Assembly: GCA_964460535.1 (NCBI GenBank)
Contig: CAYWQI010000001.1
Location: 26,856-90,855 of the forward strand
Direction: 5' to 3'
DNA from: Candidatus Woesearchaeota archaeon
GTDB taxonomy: Archaea > Nanobdellota > Nanobdellia > Pacearchaeales > GW2011-AR1
Length of the DNA stretch: 64,000 nt
Part shown: in pieces, positions 56,787 to 64,000 of the stretch
Layout of the letters: each line of letters opens with the position of its first letter
Numbering within the stretch: position 1 is the stretch's first letter
Position numbers and translations under genes: made by a program
Notes under the pieces: generated by a model
Seen by the model: the letters and a program-made list of their open reading frames with translations, nothing else
Told to the model about the DNA's origin: nothing
The model's database searches: none

Positions 56787-58112
56787 GTGCTTAAATATAT
56801 AATTCATAACTTCTTAAACGTGATAATATATTATTATAAACTTGCTTTACTTTGTTTTTTTATGCAAGATAATTCAGAAAACATTAAATTTGAAACTATA
56901 AAAAAACTAGTGCAAACAAAGTTCACTCCAAAAAATTTAGAAAATTTATCTCATCTTGACTCAACAAGTCCTCCAAGTGTTTTTATTGGAAGCAAATTAA
57001 AATATCCAAATGTTAATATTGGAATTCTCTCTCCTTTAGAAAGAGATAAAAATGCCTGGCTTTATGATAGTGAAAAATACTGGGCAAATAAAAACTTTGA
57101 AATAAATGAAGTAGTTAAATTAAGAAAAGGTCTTTTAAATTCAAGATTTAGAGGAGTTGTTAAAGATGCAAGAGCTTCAAATCTCTCTAGTAAAAACAAT
57201 AGATTTATTGAAATAGCAAAACAAATAGCTCTAGGAAACAAGCCAGTTGATTTAGAGATTGATTTAAAGAATAAACTTAATTCAGAATACAAAAAAGACA
57301 GAATTCTAAAACCCACAGGTTTTAAAGGAAGTTTAAAGCAAGCTAAGATAATTGGAAATGTAAAAATTGAAAGACAAATAGAGAAAGTAATAGATGACAA
57401 TATAAAATCTTCTGAAGCTTTAAAACAGTTGTATGAAAAGAATATTGATGAATATAAATTAAACAAAATCCTTTCAGTAGGAGTTTTAGGTTTAAAGAAA
57501 AATAAAAAATTTGTTCCCACACGTTGGTCTATTACAGCAACAGATGATACTTTAGGAAAAAACTTAATTGAGCAAATTAAGAATTATAAATGTATTGAAA
57601 ACCATGAGTTTTTCTTTGGAGAGTTTTTAGGAAATTGTTATTTAATAATGCTTTTTCCAGATGTCTGGTCTTATGAACTTTTTGAATTATATCTTCCTGG
57701 AAGTTCATGGAATCCAAGTAAAGAATTAAAAGCATCAACAAATTATGAATTTTATGAAGGTAGAAAAACCTATGCAGAAGAAACAGCAGGAGGTTATTAT
57801 GCATCACGACTTCCAATTTTAGAATATCTAAATAAAAATAAAAGACAAGCAAGTGTTTTAGTAATAAGAATTGAAACTCCAAGTTATTGGGCTTCTCTTG
57901 GAGTCTGGGTTGTGAGAGAAAGCGTAAGAAAAGCATTGCATAATCCAGCAAGAAAAAACAAACCCATGCAATTTGATTCAAGAAAAGAAATTATAGAAGC
58001 ATGCAAAAAAATTTCAATGATAAAATATGGATATAATCCTGAAAAAATTATAAAGAAAAGTGTTTTATTAAATACAATCAAAACCCAGAAAAAACTTGGA
58101 GAGTGGTTTTGA
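56787..58112 (+). CDS. hypothetical protein (about 415-440 aa, basic)
   Basis: ORF only. The true start may be the internal MQDNSEN. Confidence 0.3.
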   Translation: MLKYIIHNFLNVIIYYYKLALLCFFMQDNSENIKFETIKKLVQTKFTPKNLENLSHLDSTSPPSVFIGSKLKYPNVNIGILSPLERDKNAWLYDSEKYWANKNFEINEVVKLRKGLLNSRFRGVVKDARASNLSSKNNRFIEIAKQIALGNKPVDLEIDLKNKLNSEYKKDRILKPTGFKGSLKQAKIIGNVKIERQIEKVIDDNIKSSEALKQLYEKNIDEYKLNKILSVGVLGLKKNKKFVPTRWSITATDDTLGKNLIEQIKNYKCIENHEFFFGEFLGNCYLIMLFPDVWSYELFELYLPGSSWNPSKELKASTNYEFYEGRKTYAEETAGGYYASRLPILEYLNKNKRQASVLVIRIETPSYWASLGVWVVRESVRKALHNPARKNKPMQFDSRKEIIEACKKISMIKYGYNPEKIIKKSVLLNTIKTQKKLGEWF

Positions 58113-58135
58113 ATATCTCATAAAACAAGGAAGTT

Positions 58136-58693
58136 TTAATAATTAACAATAGCATCTTTATTTGTTTCACCAACAAAAGGTTCAATTATGCTCCATATTT
58201 TATCAAATTCCTGATTTTCTTTATCATTAAAATAATCTCTTGTTTTTTTAATCCAATTTTCTCTTTCATTGTCCCTATATCTTAATAATGTTCCATAACC
58301 CGGATGAGATTCTCTTCCAAAAGCAAAACAATCTTGAGTAACAAGTTCAGCAACAACAAAATGTTCATCTCTATAAGGAACTTCTATGTTATTAATACCT
58401 CTATGTTTAAATGCAGATTCAATACCTTTTCCTATTCTTTCAGAGAATTTTCCCTTTATTTTTTCTAATTTCAGAGGTTTAGCAGAATCATAAGTTGTAC
58501 ATTTAACTTTGTCAGGAGTTATTTTACTTCCATTTAATTTATCTGATAAGATTTTCATTAGTGTTCTTGTTTCATATTCACTTGGAATATATAAATCAAG
58601 AAAAATAGGCTTATCAAATCTTGTTAATAAAGCATGTGTAGACATTTTTCCTAATTCATATTCTGGTGTATTAAAAAATTCAACTTGATCCAT
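58136..58693 (-). CDS. hypothetical protein
   Basis: ORF only. Confidence 0.3.
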   Translation of the reverse strand: MDQVEFFNTPEYELGKMSTHALLTRFDKPIFLDLYIPSEYETRTLMKILSDKLNGSKITPDKVKCTTYDSAKPLKLEKIKGKFSERIGKGIESAFKHRGINNIEVPYRDEHFVVAELVTQDCFAFGRESHPGYGTLLRYRDNERENWIKKTRDYFNDKENQEFDKIWSIIEPFVGETNKDAIVNY

Positions 58694-58870
58694 AAATTAA
58701 AAAACAGGTTTTTCTTTATAAATATTTATGTGCTTAATTCTCTGGTTTAAATTTATTCAAGCAAGAAACAGAAGTTACCTAATACTGTAAAAGCCCAAAA
58801 GAAATTTTTAAGATATTTAATAGTAATATATAAAAACCTTCAATTGTGTTTAATTTTGGTAAAAAATTGA

Positions 58871-60103
58871 ATGACTTTAGAAGCTGACATATTTATTTTA
58901 ATAATACTCATAGTGCTCTCAGGATTTTTTTCAGGTTCAGAAACAGCATTTTTTTCATTAAGCAAACTGAGAGTAGAGCATCTTGCTGAAAAAAAGAAAA
59001 AGGGCATTGAAACAGTAAAAAAACTAAAAGAAAAACCTCATTCATTATTAATAACTCTTTTAATTGGAAATAATTTAGTAAATGTGGGTTCATCTGCATT
59101 AGCCACAAAAATCTCTCTTGATTTTTTTCAAAATAGTGGAATAGGAATTGCTATTGGAGTTATGACTTTTTTAATTTTAACATTTGGAGAAATAATTCCA
59201 AAAAATTTTGCATTAAATCATAATGTGAGATTTTCTATTATCGCTGCAAAACCAATTTATTTTCTATTGATTGTCTTTTTTCCAATAATTAAGTTTTATG
59301 ATTTGTTTTTAAGGAAATCAAATAAATATTCTAAGGGTCCCATAGTAACTGAGGAAGAAATAAAAAGTTATGTAAAAGCAGGTCATAAGGCTGGAGAAAT
59401 CAAAAAACAAGAAAGAGAAATGATATCTAAAATTTTTCAATTTGATGATGTTGCTGTTAAAGAAATAATGACTCCAAAACCAGATATTTTTTTATTAAAT
59501 TCAGAAGATAAATTGCAAGACCATATTAAAGATTTTATTAAAAAACCCTATTCAAGGATTCCAGTTTATTTTAAAAATAAGGATAATATAATCGGAGTTT
59601 TGTACATAAAAGAAATCTTAAAAAAAATAGTTGACAAAAGAGTAAACAGAAAATTGAAAAATTTCGTAAAACCAGTTTTATTTGTACCTGAAACAAGGAT
59701 GATAGACAGTTTGTTAAAAGATTTTCAATTAAAAAACCAACACATGGCAATAGTTGTTGATGAACATGGAATTGTTTCAGGGCTGATTACCTTAGAAGAT
59801 ATCTTAGAGCAGATTGTAGGTGATATTCAAGACGAAGTAGATATTGATAAACCAGGAATAGAGAAAATTAATTATAAAAAATGGAAAATATCTGGAAAAG
59901 TAAATATACATGAAGTAAATGAAAAATTAAAAACAAGAATAAAAAACACTGACGATTATGATACTTTTGGAGGATACGTACTTCACAAAATAGGAAGAGT
60001 TCCAAAAACAGGAGAGATAATTAAAATTTATAATCATAAAATAAAAATTAACAGAAAAGCAGGACAAAGAATTCTTGATACAACAGTTTGGAAAATAAAA
60101 TAA
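58871..60103 (+). CDS. CNNM/HlyC-family membrane protein (DUF21 plus CBS pair plus CorC-HlyC domain)
   Basis: N-terminal SGFFSGSETAF (DUF21), tandem CBS, and a C-terminal transporter-associated domain. Confidence 0.7.
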   Translation: MTLEADIFILIILIVLSGFFSGSETAFFSLSKLRVEHLAEKKKKGIETVKKLKEKPHSLLITLLIGNNLVNVGSSALATKISLDFFQNSGIGIAIGVMTFLILTFGEIIPKNFALNHNVRFSIIAAKPIYFLLIVFFPIIKFYDLFLRKSNKYSKGPIVTEEEIKSYVKAGHKAGEIKKQEREMISKIFQFDDVAVKEIMTPKPDIFLLNSEDKLQDHIKDFIKKPYSRIPVYFKNKDNIIGVLYIKEILKKIVDKRVNRKLKNFVKPVLFVPETRMIDSLLKDFQLKNQHMAIVVDEHGIVSGLITLEDILEQIVGDIQDEVDIDKPGIEKINYKKWKISGKVNIHEVNEKLKTRIKNTDDYDTFGGYVLHKIGRVPKTGEIIKIYNHKIKINRKAGQRILDTTVWKIK

Positions 60104-60115
60104 CTCTTTTATTAA

Positions 60116-62671
60116 TCATTCTTCTTTTTTTTCACTTTTACTAATTCCAGAAAATCCTGCTTCAGCTTGAAGTTTCTTTTTATATTCCTCTCTTTTTTTC
60201 TTAAGTTCTTCATTTGTAGGACAATCCGGATTAAAACAAAATATCCAAGGACGCTTTCCTTTTTTCAAGGCTGAAATCATTGGCCACCCACAACTTTCAC
60301 AGGTTTTTCCAGCAGGTTTCATCAAACCATTTGGAGGAAGAGAGTATGTATTTTTACAATCAGGATATGCATCACAGGCAACAAAATATCTTTTAAATCT
60401 TCTAGAATAATTAATAATCAAATTTCCTTTTTCACATTTAGGACATTTTCTTAGAGTATTTTCTCTTTTTTGTTGTTCAATATTCTCTATATTTGCATTT
60501 AAAAGTTCTTGACCAATTTTATTTTGATGTTCTATAAAATGTTTTGCTATTTTTCTTATGTTGGTTTTTGCTTCTTCTAAAACCTTCTCTTGTTTGGGTT
60601 TCAATTCTTCTTGTTTCTTAAGTTCACGAATAGATTCTGTTTCTTCTTCAAAATGTCTTGTTAATTTTTCATCAATTATAATTGGAGAATATTTTTCAAG
60701 TGTTGCAATTAAAGACATCCCTAAAGGAGTAGCTTCAATACTTTTGTCTTTAATATAACCTCGATTATACAGAGTTTCAAGAATATTTGAACGTGTTGCT
60801 TTAGTTCCAAGATTTCTTTTTTCTAGTTCACTTAAAATACTTGCAGGAGAATATCTTTTTGGAGGTTGTGTTTCCTTTTTCTCAAAGAAAATTTTTTCAA
60901 ATTTAACTTTTCCATTTAAATCTTCAATTGAATTTTCTTTTAATTTACTTGGATAAATTTCCATCCATGCTTTTTTAGTTACTTCAGAACCATTTCCAGA
61001 AAAATACATTTTTTTGTATTTTTCTTGTTCAGGAATAACTTTTATTTTTTTTCTATCAACAACTGCAGATTCACAAAACAAACTTAAAAATCTTTTAACA
61101 ATAAGATTGTAAATTTTTTCTTCATCTCCAGACAAAACTCTTCCAGAGGATTCAACTTCTCCAGTAGGATATATTGAAGGATGAGCTGGGTCTGTTTTTT
61201 TACCTTCAACAGGTTTTTTCTTGATAATTAATTTTTCTACATTATAATATCTAGCAAGTTTTTTAAGAATTTTATCATAACCAATACTTTCTGGAAGTTT
61301 TTGACTTGAAGTTCTTGGATATGAAATCAAACCTGCGAGATATAAACTCTGGGCAGCTTGCAGAGTTTTACTTGGTGTTATTCCATGAAATTTATATGCT
61401 TCTGTTTGTAGAGTTGTTAGATTAAAAGGAACTCCTGGAGGAATTTTTTGTTGAGATTTTTTTGTTTCAGAATTTCCAAATTTTCCTTGAAGTTCTTTAA
61501 AAATCTCTAATTTATCTTCTTCAAAAATATCTTTAGGATGTTGCAATTCTAATTCAGTTTCCTGATATTCTGGTGTTTGTCCTGAAACTTTTGAAAAAAT
61601 CTGCCAAAAAGGTTTTGGTTTAAAATTATTTATCTGTCTTTCTCTTTTAACAATAAGATTTAGTGCAGGTCCTTGAACTCTACCAATTGACATTAATTTA
61701 AACCTACCTGTTGTTTTAATAGCATTCATCAAAGCTTTAGAAAGATTTATACCATAAAACCAATCAAGATAATGTCTTGTTTCTCCTGCAATTGCTTGTC
61801 CCCATTCTATGCTATTAAGTTTGTTTTTGTAAGATTCTTCTAAATCACTTTTTGTTAGTGTTGAGAACTTCATTCTTGAAGCATCTTCTTGACCACAGAT
61901 ATATCTCAAAACATTCAATCCAATAACTTCTCCTTCAACATCAAAATCAGTTGCTATAGTTACTGAACTTGCACCTTTTACAAGTTTTGAAATATTATTA
62001 TAATATTTTCTAGTATAATCACTTTTCTTATTTGCAATAAAATTAGGAACCCATTTAACATCAAAAACAGGAATTCCTCCTCCAGTTGTAATTTGTTTTA
62101 AAGTTAAAAGATGTCCAACAGCACAAGCAACAATAATGTCTTTTCCTTCTTTAGAAAGTTCATAATAATAAATTCCTTTTGTTGGAGATTTTTGTTTTAC
62201 TTTTTCAGATAAAGCATAAGCAATTTTTCCAGCAGCCTGAGGTTTTTCTGTTATAATTAATTCATAACCTTTTCCTTCAGGTTTTAGATTTATTTTTTTA
62301 GGTTCATATTGAATAATCTGTTTAACAAGACTATTAGACTTTTTCCTTGATTTTGAGTATTTCTTTTTTGTTTTTTTCTTCCCTTTACTTTTACCTTTTT
62401 TCTTAATTATTTTTCCTGTTTCACCTAGTTTTTCTACTTTTTCAATTTCATTTTTTTCAGGACGATGATAGGGTTTTTCAACACTTCCTTCAGTATATTC
62501 TTTAGGATTTATCTGAGAGTATTTTTTTTCAACACTTGTTTTTAATTCAATCTCGTCAATTGTCTCATTTTTAATAGGCTTTTCAGTAGCTCTTTCTAAA
62601 TCTTCTTCATCAACTGGAAAAAAGTTTTCAGCTTGAGATTCTTCTTTTGTTTTTTTAGGTTTTTGAGGCAT
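60116..62671 (-). CDS. topA: type IA DNA topoisomerase with N-terminal K-rich extension and C-terminal zinc ribbons
   Basis: Toprim ELIITEKPQAAGKIA. Active-site region LISYPRTSSQ. C-terminal CPKCEKG...CDAYPDC...CESCG. Confidence 0.8.
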   Translation of the reverse strand: MPQKPKKTKEESQAENFFPVDEEDLERATEKPIKNETIDEIELKTSVEKKYSQINPKEYTEGSVEKPYHRPEKNEIEKVEKLGETGKIIKKKGKSKGKKKTKKKYSKSRKKSNSLVKQIIQYEPKKINLKPEGKGYELIITEKPQAAGKIAYALSEKVKQKSPTKGIYYYELSKEGKDIIVACAVGHLLTLKQITTGGGIPVFDVKWVPNFIANKKSDYTRKYYNNISKLVKGASSVTIATDFDVEGEVIGLNVLRYICGQEDASRMKFSTLTKSDLEESYKNKLNSIEWGQAIAGETRHYLDWFYGINLSKALMNAIKTTGRFKLMSIGRVQGPALNLIVKRERQINNFKPKPFWQIFSKVSGQTPEYQETELELQHPKDIFEEDKLEIFKELQGKFGNSETKKSQQKIPPGVPFNLTTLQTEAYKFHGITPSKTLQAAQSLYLAGLISYPRTSSQKLPESIGYDKILKKLARYYNVEKLIIKKKPVEGKKTDPAHPSIYPTGEVESSGRVLSGDEEKIYNLIVKRFLSLFCESAVVDRKKIKVIPEQEKYKKMYFSGNGSEVTKKAWMEIYPSKLKENSIEDLNGKVKFEKIFFEKKETQPPKRYSPASILSELEKRNLGTKATRSNILETLYNRGYIKDKSIEATPLGMSLIATLEKYSPIIIDEKLTRHFEEETESIRELKKQEELKPKQEKVLEEAKTNIRKIAKHFIEHQNKIGQELLNANIENIEQQKRENTLRKCPKCEKGNLIINYSRRFKRYFVACDAYPDCKNTYSLPPNGLMKPAGKTCESCGWPMISALKKGKRPWIFCFNPDCPTNEELKKKREEYKKKLQAEAGFSGISKSEKKEE

Positions 62672-62687
62672 TTTATTTCAAGAGTAT

Positions 62688-63497
62688 TTAATCGAGCAAA
62701 CGAGAAAGGTTTTTAATATTTTTGTTTGCAACATGAGTATAAATTTGAGTTGTTTGAAGATTTGCATGTCCTAAAAGTTGTTGAATATTCCTTAAATCAC
62801 ATCCTGCTTCAAGTAGATGAGTAGCAAAACTATGTCTTAGTGTGTGAGGAGTTACTCTTTTTTTAATACCTGCTCTTTGTGCTGCTTGTTTAACAATAGC
62901 TTGAATTGTTTGCTCAGAGTATTTTTTACCTCTGTTGGATTCAAAAATTTTACCTTCGCGACTAACCTTAAAATTATTTAATTCTTCAATCAAGGAATCA
63001 TGCAGAAAAACAATTCTTTGGTGTTCTCCCTTTGCAATTTTTAATTGAATAGTTTTTCTTTCAAAATCCAAATCCTCCCAGTTTAGATTTCTAACCTCTC
63101 CTAATCTCAATCCTCCGTAGTAAAGAAATCTTAAAATAAGGCGATGTTGTAAATTATCTGTTTTTTGAATCATTTTTAAGACCTCAAATTTGTTTAAAAC
63201 ATTTGGAAGTAAAATTTTCCTTTTTGCAAGAGGCATTTTTTCTCTAAAATTTGATTTTAAGACAAAATTATAATAAAACTGCAATGCAAAATAAACACTC
63301 CTTAGTGTGTTTCTACTCTTTTTAGAATATTTTAATAAAAATTCTTTTGGATTTTCCTTGCTTTTGAGATATAATGTAACATAGTAAAGATATTTCTTTT
63401 TTGTCTTAGAAGAATATTTTCTCAGGTTAAGTTCCTGGTTTAAGGTATTAATTTTTTCAGATATCTCTGCATCTTCCATAATAATTAGGGGAAACAA
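62688..63497 (-). CDS. xerA: tyrosine recombinase (XerA/XerCD family)
   Basis: C-terminal catalytic R...HTLRHSFATHLLEAG...LGHANLQTTQIYTHV. Confidence 0.75.
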   Translation of the reverse strand: MFPLIIMEDAEISEKINTLNQELNLRKYSSKTKKKYLYYVTLYLKSKENPKEFLLKYSKKSRNTLRSVYFALQFYYNFVLKSNFREKMPLAKRKILLPNVLNKFEVLKMIQKTDNLQHRLILRFLYYGGLRLGEVRNLNWEDLDFERKTIQLKIAKGEHQRIVFLHDSLIEELNNFKVSREGKIFESNRGKKYSEQTIQAIVKQAAQRAGIKKRVTPHTLRHSFATHLLEAGCDLRNIQQLLGHANLQTTQIYTHVANKNIKNLSRLLD

Positions 63498-63678
63498 TAA
63501 TATTTAAATCTTTTTATCAAATATTTGGGGTAATAGATGTTCAACTCAATCGTGAGCCAAAACTAAAATGTAAAAAGTTAGTAAAGAGGACACTTTAAAC
63601 CCCCCGACCACCCGCCCCTATTTGGAGAGATTGTCTTTTTTCTTGAGAATGTTGTTCCCCCCTCAAAGACGGAAAATT

Positions 63679-64000
63679 TTATTTTAAATCTATGCCAAGC
63701 TTTAAAAGATGATTCTTTAAGTCCGCATATCCTTTAAAGTGAATTGAATACATGCCCAATTTTTTAGGAGGAATAACATCATCTAAAACTTTATCTCCAA
63801 TCATAACACACTCATTAGCCTTTAATTTTGAAGTCTTCAACATTGTTTTAAAAAACTCTTGAGATGGCTTAATGACACCAACATTATAAGAGAATAAAGG
63901 ATAATCAACATATTTTAATAAATCTGTCTTTTCCTTGACTTTTTTTATTGCAAATTCACTGCTGTTGGAAATCAACCCAATTTTATACCCTTGCTTTCTA
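63679..64000 (-). CDS. HAD-superfamily hydrolase (partial, start beyond the window end)
   Basis: C-terminal ...CVMIGDKVLDDVIPPKKLGMYSIHF is HAD motifs III/IV. Confidence 0.5.
   Translation of the reverse strand, partial: RKQGYKIGLISNSSEFAIKKVKEKTDLLKYVDYPLFSYNVGVIKPSQEFFKTMLKTSKLKANECVMIGDKVLDDVIPPKKLGMYSIHFKGYADLKNHLLKLGIDLK

Noticed and set aside
57062-58081. Minus-strand ORFs 57062..57520, 57577..57981 and 57884..58081
   Set aside because: Antisense within the 56787..58112 gene. AT-rich frames give long ORFs by chance.
1-64000. CRISPR arrays and rRNA genes
   Set aside because: No regularly spaced short direct repeats with unique spacers and no rRNA-like conserved blocks were seen. The repeats found are the MITE family, the fic-flanking repeats, the acyP tandem repeat and the DGR VR/TR.

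Overview
Very AT-rich (about 30% GC), gene-dense window with short intergenic regions. The gene content is archaeal and most consistent with a small-genome DPANN-type archaeon. Evidence: ribosomal P0/P1/L1/S24e/S27ae/S10, aIF5B, the Rpo7-Spt4 cluster, RpoL, PCNA, PriS, RadB, Hjc, Taw1, XerA and type IA topoisomerase, plus lysine/glutamate-rich extensions and cysteine-rich surface proteins. Four intron-less tRNAs are present: Ser-TGA, Trp-CCA, Asp-GTC and Ser-GGA. No rRNA genes or CRISPR arrays were seen.

The most notable feature is a complete diversity-generating retroelement (DGR) at about 40.1-42.1 kb. It has a target gene with a 3' variable repeat, an intergenic template repeat that differs from it almost only at template adenines and is full of AAY codons, and a reverse transcriptase carrying the DGR-type LGxxxSQ motif. 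The reverse transcriptase is interrupted by a frameshift in a (GA)n run.

Other accessory or unusual content:
- A five-copy, roughly 230-bp MITE-like dispersed repeat with 14-bp terminal inverted repeats.
- A Fic-domain gene flanked by 20-bp direct repeats immediately downstream of tRNA-Asp.
- An intact GGDEF diguanylate cyclase, which is unusual for an archaeon.
- A 2 x 114 bp tandem duplication of a gene 5' end upstream of acyP.
- RelE/ParE and nucleotidyltransferase/HEPN toxin-antitoxin remnants.
- A decayed tyrA pseudogene.
- Frameshifted GT2 and reverse transcriptase genes at homopolymer or dinucleotide runs.

Product calls rest on motif recognition from the translated ORFs only. No database search was possible.
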